Of a stretch of 64,000 nucleotides of DNA, positions 1 to 11,821 are shown in pieces. The position numbers and the translations under genes were made by a program. This DNA comes from Podarcis cretensis. Lineage: Eukaryota. The notes under the pieces are model-generated. The model was not told the DNA's origin. It made no database searches and saw only the letters and a program-made list of their open reading frames with translations. The DNA lies in assembly GCA_951804945.1 (NCBI GenBank), contig OX638150.1:56172001-56236000 (forward strand), read 5' to 3'. Within the stretch, counting starts at the first letter, position 1, and every line of letters starts with the position of its first letter.

Positions 1-350
1 GGGGGGGGAGGGGAGGCGGCGCCGCTAGAGACCAGCCGCGGGGAGCGGCATCCTGCCGGGGAGTCGCGTGCAGCCGAAGAAGCTCCCGGGTTGCTGCTAC
101 CTGTCAGCCGCGAGGACGAGCGCGAGTTCTCGGAGCGGGGCCGGAGCCCGCGCGGCCTGAAAGCGAAATAGAAATGGAATGAGAGCGCGAGAGGAGGCGG
201 GGGGGGGCGCCTGGTTCTTCGCGAGGCGGGACCCTCCCTTGGTGTCCACGCGGGGATGTGCCAGCCGGGCTTCTCCCTCGCACCTGCCTCTGAATGTCCG
301 GCTATGGGAAGCGCCAGGGTTGTGGGCGGGCGATAGATGGGGGTCTTGAA
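1..350. promoter_or_regulatory. 3' edge of the ZCCHC10 CpG island (5' part of intron 1)
   Basis: Very GC- and CpG-rich start of window that drops to AT-rich intron. The ZCCHC10 N-terminus (MATPMHRLIARRQA in orthologues) is not in the window, so exon 1 is inferred to lie just upstream. Confidence 0.7.
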
Positions 351-841
351 AGGCTTCAAATCCCCTTCAGGTTCACGAAGGGAGGCTCTCCGTGGCCTGG
401 TGGGCGCTGCTTTCTCCTTTTCTTGTTTATCTTGCCTGCTAGCAAAATATGGTTAGGCATTCCAATGCATCTTAGTGGCCTTGGTCGTCTTTCGTTTGCG
501 AAGTTGTGATCTCGCCCAGTTGCGCTTCCAGCCGTTCAAAAGCTACTGTTGTGTAGAAGGTGGTCTTGTGTTTTGTGACGTACGGTTGTTTCCTCGCCAC
601 ACACACACACACCTCCTTCTAGCACGGAATGACACACTGCTTTCATACAGGCTTTGCGGTAAGTTGCCTTCGGTGCAGTGCAGCTGGAAAAGTTGCTGTG
701 TGTAGCTGCTTGGAAGTAAGCGCCGCTAAGTTGAATGGGGCTGGCTTCTGTGTAAGGGTGAAAAGGACTGTGGTTTTAAAAAAGATTATCTAGGCACACA
801 GAGTTGGTAGCTGATTCCCTCAGAGTGAATGCTTAGCAAAG

Positions 842-949
842 TAAAAAAATTCTTTCCAGTAGCACCTTAAAGACCAACTAAGTTAGTTCTTGGTATGAGC
901 TTTCATGTGCATGCACACTTCTTCAGATACACAGCTACCTATCTGTAAC
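842..949 (-). mobile_element. Short Penelope-like element fragment with 12-bp TSD
   Basis: Direct repeat TGCTTAGCAAAG at 830-841 and 950-961. Insert contains tagcaccttaaagaccaac...gagctttc...cttcagatac, typical of squamate PLE termini, and a hammerhead motif. Confidence 0.75.
893..930 (-). ncRNA. Minimal type I hammerhead ribozyme motif (PLE type)
   Basis: Minus strand reads GUAU-CUGAAGA-A-GUGUGC AU GCACAU-GAAA-GC-UC-AUAC: both conserved core boxes, stem I, stem II, and palindromic AGCU in place of helix III. Confidence 0.75.
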
Positions 950-2216
950 TGCTTAGCAAAGGTTGAAGGTATTTTCTTTGGCTTGGTGCCTCCACTAGGG
1001 TTCCACATGTAGACTGGATATGTGGATATAACACTGAATTGGAAATAACCAAAGCTTTCCAGTTGACTTCTTGCTGTGACATTTCTATTAATAAATATAT
1101 AGAAATGATTCTCACACTAGAATTGTGTAATCCCTGTGAATCTTGGCACTTTTTGATGGCTCTAAGCTTAAAGGAAAATGTGAAAAGGAGACATGACTTC
1201 ATGCTTGTTTTTAATTACCCATACAAGCTTTTTATGTACTCATAAATGCTGCTTCACATTATTGTACTAATACAGTAAAGTAGTAATACTTATGTGAGTT
1301 AGTCAAGGTCATTTACAGAAAGAATATCAGAGGGACAATTTAAAATGTTGCATGTCTTTGGTTTCAAAAATTAAGATGCCTGCACAAAACAATTCTATCC
1401 CTGTTTGACCGATTCAGTTTTCCTATATTTTTTCTAGTTTCTCTTGCAGCATGGATTGTAGGGTTTGTTGTAATATCCTTTCATTTCTATCATGCAGAAG
1501 GCTTGTACAGTGTTGATTCTTAATCCTCATTAAGATTTATGATTTACTCAGAAACTGTATAGGGCCTTTTATGAGATCATGGTGTGCGTATTAGTAGTGT
1601 ACCATTCCTTAAAAATGTTGTTTCATTTACTAAGGGTGAGTAAAACGGCAAGTTGAATAAAGACACAAGTATCCATATAACCCATCTCCTAGTTATTATT
1701 TATTACTTGGTACAAACCACATACTCTTAGCTGCTTCATATACACTCATACGGCTTCAAAAATGCTTGGAGCAAAATCCATCATAGTCATACTCTTTGAT
1801 TTAGTACAACAGGGTGAAGCAAACAACACTTGTAGGTCTAAAGAGGATTTCTTTTGGAGTGGTTTCACAATATTCTCCTTCAGGACACCCACAACCACTT
1901 CTTATCAGAATGAGACACTAATGCCCACTTCGAGCCAGCTGGTTAACCATCTCTTACTGGACATTAGAAGCCATGAGTATCAGGCGTCCAGCAATGTGTA
2001 GTAAGCCACATCCTTGCAAGCATGTTGACCTTCAACAACTGGCATTCATCTGATAAACTATTACCAGTTATTTCTACGGACACATTCACTGATTGCAGCA
2101 ATAGTAGTGGTGTCTAGGTCAAAGCAGGTGCAAGCAATTTTATTCTTAAAGTTCTTAGCAAATAAATCACAGGAGACTACTGAGGCTTTTTAAAAGTAAA
2201 CTTGTAGACCCCAAAC

Positions 2217-2332
2217 CAGGTGTGGGAAACCTTTGGCCCTCCAGGTGTTGCTGAACTACAACTCCCGTTGGCCAGGGATGGCAGGACTTCTAGTTAGGCA
2301 ACATCTGGAGAACCACATGTTCACCACACCTG
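2217..2332. mobile_element. hAT-type MITE
   Basis: TIRs CAGGTGTGG...CCACACCTG; perfect 8-bp TSD CCCCAAAC (2209-2216, 2333-2340). Confidence 0.85.
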
Positions 2333-2804
2333 CCCCAAACCATTCAAAGTTTTACTGAACATGGGATTCAGCAGTTGTGAAGTATTCATTCTTCACTCCT
2401 ATCACTGGTACAGAGTAGCTATTAATATTAGTTGTTCATTGGAATCAGGTGAATTGACCCAAAATTCCCATAACTTGTGTTCAAACCAGTGTTTGGTCTG
2501 CTTCATTGTCCCCAGTTCACTAGTATAACAGAGAGCTAAATGTGCTCTGTTTAATAGGTATGGGCATTTGGGAGTGATGTTCGAAGCCCAAGTCATTTCT
2601 GCAGCTATGACTGCTATGACTTTGACATGAGCATCAGCCCTTCCTAATTAGGTCCCAAACATTGTCAGGAAATGTGGCTCACTCTTGTTTCCAAGATGGA
2701 CTATTCTAATTTGTTCACTACTCCTGCAAAGGGAAGAGGTCTTCTTGGTGTATTTGTCCTGTAGGGAGCCTCACTTTTATCATGTGGACATGCAAATAAT
2801 TATT

Positions 2805-3450
2805 TATTTAAGAAACTTTATGTACCACTTGATTGTAGAAAAGAGTTAAAAGTGGTTTACAAAAAAAACCCCACACAATCCCAATAAAATTATTACTTAA
2901 AAAAATATTGTCTGTAATTTGAAACACACACAGAAGGTTAAAGCTGCAGTAAGCTAGACTAAACAAATCAAAACTCCTACAAACTTTCTAAACATCTGCG
3001 TAGGCTTATCTAAATAAGAATGTATTCAGCAGGCACTGAAAGGAATACACAGAAAGTGCCTGCCTGTTATCAGTAAGCAGGAAGTTTCAAACATGCAGAA
3101 ATGTCTGCAGTGCAGCTGTTAACTATGGGATACTTTTCTGCTTTTTAAGTTGAATATTCTCTACATTCCTGAGCAGTTTTTAATTTTTACTTCTTGTTGT
3201 GTTGGTGCTGCCACACTAAATGATCAAGTTCTTGCAGAAGTGGTGTGGGTTATATGGCATTGGTAAAAGTGCCAATTCTGCTGGTCAAGTGGGCACATAA
3301 GGGATACAGCAATCTCCTAGGTTAACTGGTCCCAAGTTGTTAAGGGCTTTATATATTCATAGTAACACCTTGAACTTGGCCCGGCAGCAGACAGGCAACC
3401 AGTGCAGACTCTGAGCACAGGTGTTAAATGTGGACAAGGCCTCACTCCCC
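2805..3450 (-). mobile_element. Decayed L2-like LINE 3' fragment
   Basis: Collinear with the copy at 10290-11290 (shared tagg...taaa.aagaatg...agcaggcactgaaa, ctggtcccaagttgt, tgtggacaaggcc); TTTA-type tail at the left end. Confidence 0.6.
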
Positions 3451-6400
3451 CAACAATGCAGTTGTGTTACAGCTTTCTGTGCATAGAATTTCAATGGGGG
3501 TATAGTGATTGGCCCTTCAAGTTTTTATGGGGATATATTTGAGATATAGTTTATGGAGTGCCTCATTATCAAACCTTGCATGGTGTCAACTATTGTCATT
3601 CTGACACCGAGTGAGCACAAATGTTTCACGGTATTCCTACATATAATGTAAATTGGTTCTAGATGTAGTTTCATCTGTTTTGCTGAATTTATTGACGTTC
3701 TGACCTTTGTTCTCCATTGTGTTTTAGAAACTTTTTACCATAAGATGCATTAAAAATTTAAATTGAAGGATAGTGTAGAAATATTCTAAATATAAAAAAG
3801 ATGATAGTAGCTTTTATTTACTCATTTAGAAGTGTAAGTATCTTGACTTTTTCTAATGGCTCATAACTGCTTACAACAGAATTAATGTTATATAAATCAA
3901 CTCCAGGAATTGTGAACATTAAAATTTACTTAACGAAAACAAAACTAAATCCTCAGTTAGCACACCTCTCTTCAATTCACTCATACTTACATCTCTTTTT
4001 AAACCTTTTGTCTAGTTAGAAACAATTTATTATTTTGTTTTTATTTATTGTTTATTTATTAGATGTGTGACATCCACATGTAGATTTGTACACACGACAC
4101 CCAGGTAATCTTGCTTAGTTTCAGCAATAGAAATGTAGTAGAATATCAGATATTCACTGGTTCAGTTTTTGTGGATCTGTGAGGCACCAAAGGGTGGAGC
4201 CTATTGCTATAATATTGAAATCAATTTGAAGCCAGAAAAGATACTCTCATGTAAATAGCTTCTGGACTGCAGCCCAGATTCCTGACTTTGGTTTTAGTTT
4301 TAAAAAGCCAAAAAGATACTCTGTGCCTTCTAGGAACAATCTCAGGCCGGGTAGAATGTATTTGTTTTTCAGATAAATTCTCAATTTTTATCTTCAGAAA
4401 TACTTTCAACTTGCTGCTCATGGTGAAGAGCTTATATTTTTAATACATTTGCTCCAATTTATACAGTCGCTGCTTTGCAGCTGTAATCATTATCACCGAA
4501 TAATAGTCTGTGAATAAATGTACTAATATTTACCATAGCTGTTATTCCAGTTTGGATATTATCACCAGTCTTGTGAATTGCATGTGATAGGCTGGGGTGT
4601 GTGTAGTGGTGGAGAAGGAGAAAGTCAATAACTGCTAGCTCCACAGCTAGTGAGGTGAAAATAGCTCTTGGCTGCATTTCCCCTACTTTTGTCTGGTGTT
4701 TTTTTATCATAGTAACAGTTCCTTAAGCTTTCCTGCACTTATTTGCATTCTAATAGGACAGTTTGAAACCATATTTACCACTTTCCAATATGGGAATTAA
4801 ATTTGTCAAAAGTTTGTGCCTTAATTCTGAAACAACAACAACAACAACAAAAGCACTTGCTTTAGTTCTAGAAGATTAATCCTCAGTCCAGCTAAACAAG
4901 AGTACTGTCCTTAAATGTAAGTCATATTTGTCCCAAGGGAGGAAAAGTTAGTAATGCAGCAACCATTGGAGGCAATGGTAAAACCGCAATCATTTTTAAA
5001 ATGTTATTAATGGAGTTAGATTGCACTGGAGGATTGACGTAATCCATGTACTCTGGTTCAACTGGCTTGTGGATCAGTCACCTAAATTCCAGTTAGGTCA
5101 TTGGTGTGAGTAGCAAAGCATACATTAAGTGAAGCTATAATTTTATCTTAAGCATATTTCCTTTACCAACTTTTCTTTGTAGTGTAGTATCCAAGAGTGT
5201 TCTCTCTCCCTGCCTTTGGAGCTCCTGCCTCCAAAACCAGAGATGTTGTCACTACCTCTCCATTTCCCCTGACCTTGAGACAAGGACAATTCTCAAGACA
5301 GTAGGTGATTACTATTGTGGATATGAGGGAGCATCCAGTCTGTGCCTCTTTCTCTCCTGGGAAGCAGGGCATCTTAAGAATGTAAGACAAGCCTACTGCA
5401 TCAGGCCAGTCCAAGTCTGTTTTTGCAGTGGCTGACCAGATACCTGTAGGAAGTCTGCAACCTGGACATCAGCACAACAGCACTTTGCCCACCTGTGATT
5501 CCCAGCACCTAGTATTCAGGGGCATACTACCTTTGACACTTCCCTTCAGTTCTCCCTAGACACAACTGAGTAGCATGGGTTGAAGATGTAGGCAATGTCT
5601 CCTGAGCAGTCAGAAGCACACCCCAAATCCCAGTAACTATAATGGGAAACAACTATAACTTTATGCATCTTGTCTATCTTGGTTTGTCTTATGATAACCA
5701 TGCAAACATGGCAAGTCTCCAACTTATATATCCAACATGATCCAGTGAGACCTGTAATGCAGATGAAGCTATGAATCCACATCAGTACTGAACCTGTATT
5801 TCGGACCATCCCCCAAATCAATTGTCAGGCAGAGGGTAAGGAGGAGTTTAATATGGTGTAATAAATTGAATAGGAAAATTTAAATTAGGATCTAGCAACG
5901 ATCTGTCATTTGATCTTGTATAAATACACTTGGCCTTTGCTGTCCAGTTTGCTCTTGGGTGTATTAACTTATTTTCAAGAATGTACTTCAGAATCTTATA
6001 CCACCTTGATGTTCTGGCAGGCAGCTCAAAGAAACTGAAAGAGGGTTTGACAGCTGTTCCTTGATTTTTCATTTTTTTTGTGTTGTAAAACTATGTAAAC
6101 ATTTTTTTCTATTAAATAATTATATGGACAGAAATACATTTCTGTCTAGATTCAGTTTTCACCTATCTTTGCTATGACAATGGAAAGAACATTCAAATGT
6201 TATTTTGGAACATGCTGTAGTTCTAGCTGTTCCTTTTTCTTGTTACAGCTGCTCCTGCTGGTAACACATCTGTGTCTCATGCTGGGTTGGGGGAAGAGAT
6301 GAAAGGATTTCTGCAGCAGGTGTGGAATGACTTCATTGGACATTCAGCCCTCTTTGCACAGTCCCCCTTTTACTAATTTACTGCCTTTTTGGAGTAAACA

Positions 6401-7020
6401 GGGATGGCACACTCATGAATATTTAAGGACAGAGATCATAAGCTGGGAAGTGTTAAAATTACCCTCATCAGTAGATTGGTTCAATACAGTAGCTAGCTCC
6501 TTGTGACACCTTGCCACCTTATTGTCTGGAAATGGAACTTTCTGATTCCTTTAAACTCTATATTTTCCCCTTTCTCCTGGGGTGGAAGTAAGAGCTGCCC
6601 ATAGGAAACAGTGGGATTTCAGTGTTGCTTGCATTTAGATGGCATTGTGCCCACCCAGGAATTGAAGCAGAGAGATTAGTGCATGCTCATTCTAAATTGG
6701 ATCTAATTTCATTTGTGACTTTTAAAAATCAAAGCACACACCAGAGCAAATCAAAGGAGCACAAGGCTTCTTCATGTAATTGAGTACAGGATTTGGGCTG
6801 GTAAGGGAACTAAGGGAACAAGTGAACTAGAATGACCTTAGCTGTGATGTGAGGGATATCTTAGATAGGAGATATTTTTGCTGGAAGTTGAACCCAGCCT
6901 CTAACTTGTAATGTCATCAGTAGATTATACTACACAGTTGTCATAAGCTTCTTGTTCAGCCACAGTCTGTTCTCATCAAATTACAAATATAATCCCCTAC
7001 TAGGGGCCCAAAGTTGGTAG

Positions 7021-7293
<273 letters not shown>

Positions 7294-7369
7294 TAAGATC
7301 ACAGGGGAAGGAGACTGTACACCATTTGCAGAAAAGTGCATGTGATCAAGCTGTAGTTTAAGAGCCCTT

Positions 7370-7540
7370 GAATCGTACAATTGTAGAGTTGGAAGGTGCC
7401 CAAGGGTCATCTAGTCCAGCCCCCAGCAATGCAGGAATCTCAACTAAAGCATCCATGGGAGAGGGGCATCCAAACTCTGCTCAAAAACCTCCCAGGAAAG
7501 AGAGTCCACCACCTCATGTGAGTCTATTTCACTGAAAGTT
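7370..7540 (-). mobile_element. CR1 LINE 3' end fragment
   Basis: gaatcgta...gagttggaagg...ggtcatctagtcca is the reverse complement of the CR1 3' terminus. Confidence 0.65.
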
Positions 7541-7931
7541 CCTCCTGATGTTTAGTCAGAATATCATTTCTTGTAACTTGAATCCATTGGTTGATTTCAG
7601 TGGGAAAGATAAGCATGTTTTGGGAACAAGGGCTACTGCACATGTGATGCAACTGTGGTGTTATCTTGCAACTTGACATGGGATGACCTGTTCTCTTATT
7701 CCCCCCCCCCCCCCGCTTAAACAATGTAGTGTTCCTCTTTCTGGTTTGCCTCATCTTTCCTCCAGTCTTAACTCTGCTGCTAGTTTAGAATTTGCCCCTT
7801 TCTGCATCTCACGTTGACCAAGCTTCTCTTTCCATAACACTCCCTTTAATTTTTTTTTATTACTCCCTGACCCCAACCTAATAATATTTATGCCCTCCCT
7901 CCTGTCTGTCCTTTTTGCTTGCTTCTTTTTA

Positions 7932-8173
7932 TAGTGGTACCTCAGTTCTCGAACGTCTCCATCGATGAACGTTTCGGAACCTGAACGTCGAAAACCTGGA
8001 AGTAAATGCTTCCGTTTTTGGACGCGCCTTGGAAGTAGTACAGCTTCCGCTGCATATTTTTCCATTTTCTCAATTGAATTTGCAGGGAGCTCTTTACGCC
8101 TCGGTTTTCGAACGTTTCGGAACTCGGAACAGTCTTCCGGAATGGATTACGTTCGAGGACCGAGGTACCACTG
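7932..8173. mobile_element. Tc1/mariner (Tigger/pogo-like) MITE
   Basis: TIRs (t)AGTGGTACCTC...GAGGTACCACTG; TA on the left, degenerate on the right; CpG-rich. Confidence 0.75.
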
Positions 8174-9152
8174 TCCTTGGTTTCTTGTTGCCTTTGTTAT
8201 GTTGATACTTTCTTATTAGCTAAACCTTGCCATACTACTTTTGCATGTTTCCACCTTGTCTTGTTGCCCCTTTTCCCTGGAATGTCTTGCCTCAGAATCT
8301 CTGCACCTCTCACTTCTGTCTGCTCTTTAAGCATTTGAAAACATGCTTTTTGTCCTGTTGTTTTTTTACCTCTAAAATTCCTCCTTTCCATTTTAGTATA
8401 TCCTTTCACTCTTAAGCCTTAAGACAGGGTTGTTCACTACAATTGCCATACAGCAATTAAATGCGAGAAAGCTTTTAAAGCAGGGGTTGCAAATGTAGTG
8501 CTCACCTCCACGAAATCTGCTCTGGAGGGTCCCCCAGCCTTCCAGAGCAGATTTTTTTCTGGAGGGTATGGGGTTGCAGGGGAAACAGAAGACTGGAAAG
8601 TCCACTTGAGTGATGTTGCATCTTAACCCATTGAGAACAATGCTTAGTGAATATTTATGTAGCCCACTCCTATGCAGTTTAAAATCAATGGATTTGTGTA
8701 TTTTAAATTACTGCTATTGCAGATTTAGATATTTATTTAACAAAACATAGTTGGCTGTGTAATAAAGCTAACATTGTTACTATTGTCTGCCAGCCAAGGG
8801 GCTTTAAAAAATAACCAAGAGGTTTTTGTTTTGTTTTTCGTTTTGCAAGCACACATTTAACTCTCAACCTAACATTTCCTCATATCATTATGTTTAGTAC
8901 ATATTTTCCCACTCTCCCAGCAAATTTTAGAGTATTTCAGTACTCCTTAAAACAGCCTTGTAAAGCAAGTCATTATCTCCACACTAAAGATAATTTGCTG
9001 AGTTTGAGGCAATAGTAGCTTTCTAAGGCCAACAGGTGAGTTTGCAGCCGAAGTGATACTTGAGCCAAGGGGTATCCAGATTACATTCTTAGCCATTTCA
9101 CCGCATCATGTGTAAACTAAGAAATAGGAGCTATAGTATTATAATAGGAATA

Positions 9153-9479
9153 CAGTGGTGCCCCGCAAGACGAACGCCTCGCAAGACGGAAAACCCGCTA
9201 GACGAAAGGGTTTTCCGTTTTGGAGGCGCTTCGCAAAACGAATTTCCCTATGGGCTTGCTTCGCAAGACGAAAATGTCTTGCGAGTTCCTGCGGGGTTTT
9301 TTTCCCTCCCCCCCTTTTCCTAAGCCCTAAGCCGCTTATCAGCTGATCCGCTAAAAGCCGCTAAACCGCTAATAGCGCTAATCCGCTAAGCTGTCAATGG
9401 GCTTGCTTCGCAAGATGAAAAAACCGCTATACGAAGAGCCTCACGGAACGGATTAATTTCGTCTTGCGAGGCACCACTG
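9153..9479. mobile_element. Tc1/mariner (Tigger/pogo-like) MITE
   Basis: TIRs CAGTGGTGCCCCGCAAGACGAA / TTCGTCTTGCGAGGCACCACTG, TA TSD on both sides, internal repeats of cgcaagacgaa. Confidence 0.88.
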
Positions 9480-10289
9480 TAAATGGATGCAGTGAGACAC
9501 GTATTAAACTACAATGGGCGTGATGAAGATGATGCTGGTTTCCTGTTTATAGTAAAGATACAGCCTCGCCATTTTCTGTTGAAGATATAAATGTTAGCCA
9601 AGAGCAGCAAAGCAGCCATCCATATTATATTCACCCAGAATTACTAGTGCTGCTATTTACTTAAACAGCTGGCATCTGAGCTGCATGATGTTTTGACAGC
9701 ACTGGCATTTTAATATACTAGCTATTCCTGCAGTATTGCTGAACTCTGAATAATTTCCTAAACATTCATGCCTGAAAATTATTATTCTTGTGTAATTCTG
9801 ATAAATGACTGAACCAACTATTTTTCCATGCTTATATTTTCAAAGCAGTTTAACTGTGTAAAAACCAAGACTGCAAATTCGCCCTCTTTTTAAGCAACAC
9901 CAAATCAAATAATAATGGATGTATAGAATAAACTGCAGACTCTTGAGACTGAGATACATGGATAAGTAGGTTCGCTACAGCTAGCTGATACAGTTTCAAA
10001 ACAATTGCCCACGCTTTCTCTTTATCTATGCATCCGTCGTCTGGTATTACAAATTCACCATAAAAGCTCGGGCAAATTACACTACATATAATATACCCAT
10101 TTACATCCCTGTTCTTTTTAGCAAATTTGACGAGTCTTGTGAAATCAAGCTGTGTGATATGTTGAACGGCAACTATATCTAACGAAGAAAAATTCAGTAA
10201 TGCTGTTACCACGCTACCGGGTTTCTTATTTCCTTTAAGTGGGACAACTTGAGAGAGAGGCCAGCACATGGTTTTTCTCAGTTTTGCTT

Positions 10290-11290
10290 CTTATTTATTT
10301 ATTTCATAAAATTTTTGCACCGCTTGATTGTAAGAAACCTCAAAGCAGCTTGCTAAAAGATAAAGCAAGAAAATCAGGAAAGAGTCACAACCCTGCTTTA
10401 AAACATACTAAAGTAAAAATACTAAAACAGATTAAAATTACCTAAACTTTTAAAGCATCTGGGTAGGTGTCAGGGAACTGCCATCGGAGCCAGAGGCGGA
10501 GGGAAGGCTCCAGAGTGATGCTGGAGAGGGTCCCAGCAGGGAGAGAGGCAGCCCATCTGCTGGGGAAGGAAATCAGCGTAACACCAGGGGTGAAGGGGGG
10601 CAGATGGGGGAATCGGAGAGAAGGCTCCAGGACTCTTCACCGGAGACCAGTGGGGAGAGCACGGGTACTCCGCTGCCCACACCCTCCCTGCGCAGAAGAC
10701 TTCCGCGCAGGGAGAGTAGGAGGAGACTTGGCGTCAAAGAACTTCTTTGCTGGAAGAAGTTTAAGAAACGCCCACTGACGGATTCTGCCAGTGACTGAGA
10801 CAGCCACGAGTGCAAGGCTGTCCAGAGAGAAAGGGTTCAACCAGGCAACCTAGCCAGGAGTGGCGGCAACTTACGCACGAGCAACCCCCTTAGAACCATT
10901 ACAGTAGGCTTACCTAAACAAGAATGTTTTTAGCAGGCACTGAAAAGAGAACAATGAAGGCAGTTGCTTGATCTCAATAGGCAGTGAGTTCCAAAGGGCA
11001 GGTGGGGCCACACTAAACAATCAAGTGCTTACCAATGCAGAATGTGTATTATGTGGCACCTGTAATTCCAGTTCTGCCAACCGAAGGGCACAGGTGGGGT
11101 AAGGTGGTCTCGTAGGTAAACTGGTCCCAAGTTGTGGCATCTTAAACTTGGCCTGGTAGCAAATCAGTAACCAGTACATATCTCTGAGCACAGTTGTTAT
11201 ATGTGGACAAGGCCCTCGCTCCAATCAGCAATCTTGCTACCCCATTTTTACTAACTGCAGCTTCTGGATCAAGCACAAGGGAAGTACATT
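10290..11290 (-). mobile_element. Decayed L2-like LINE 3' fragment interrupted by a solo LTR
   Basis: Collinear with 2805-3450 once 10468-10903 is removed. Confidence 0.6.
10468..10903. mobile_element. Solo LTR (436 bp)
   Basis: TG...CA termini, 5-bp TSD GTAGG (10463-10467, 10904-10908), GC/CpG-rich; the paralogous L2 copy shows the empty site at about 3000. Confidence 0.8.
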
Positions 11291-11663
11291 AGTTTGTGTA
11301 CTAATGCCTGTATGCAGTTCTGTCCATGTGTGAGTGGAATGGACTTCCATCCTTGTGAAATAAAACTTTGCCTTGCAACACCCCCTGCACCCCCAAATCT
11401 GCTCTAGAAAGTGGAGGTGGGGCTGTGCAAGATATAGGGGAAGTATGGGTGCAATGGGCAGATGGGAAAGGGAAGGGAAGGGAAGTCCTTTTTCTCTGCT
11501 TGCATGATATTGGATTTCACTAATATATATACTGGCTTTCAATGTCTTCCCCTGGGCAGTTTGCATAAACACCTCTGCCACTAGCATTCAATAAAGTAAT
11601 TTATTAATACCTGTATCATTGCCACTTACCCTTTTGCTCGTCTTAAGTTTAAGTTCTAACTGT

Positions 11664-11666
<3 letters not shown>

Positions 11667-11712
<46 letters not shown>
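11667..11712. repeat. (AT)23 microsatellite
   Basis: Direct reading. Confidence 0.95.
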
Positions 11713-11718
<6 letters not shown>

Positions 11719-11779
11719 TTAAATCCAGCATATTAATTAAAACAATTGTTTCTCTTCTTTTGCCCTTACTTTCAACCAG

Positions 11780-11821
11780 CTCTGGAGAATGCACTACAGA
11801 CAGGAAGAGCAAGAAGAAGAG
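11780..11821 (+). CDS. ZCCHC10: ZCCHC10 42-nt exon (S-SGECTTDRKSKKK-R)
   Basis: Acceptor ttcaaccag|C, donor AG|gtatgt, phase 2-2; corresponds to human SIGETNVERKAKKKR. Confidence 0.9.

Noticed and set aside
1450-1635. Possible 186-nt ZCCHC10 cassette exon (cttgcag| ... AGG|gtgagt)
   Set aside because: Contains an in-frame stop and has no further support; treated as a decoy.
9153-9479. Interspersed short direct repeats resembling a CRISPR-like array
   Set aside because: Sub-terminal repeats of a TA-flanked MITE in a eukaryotic intron.
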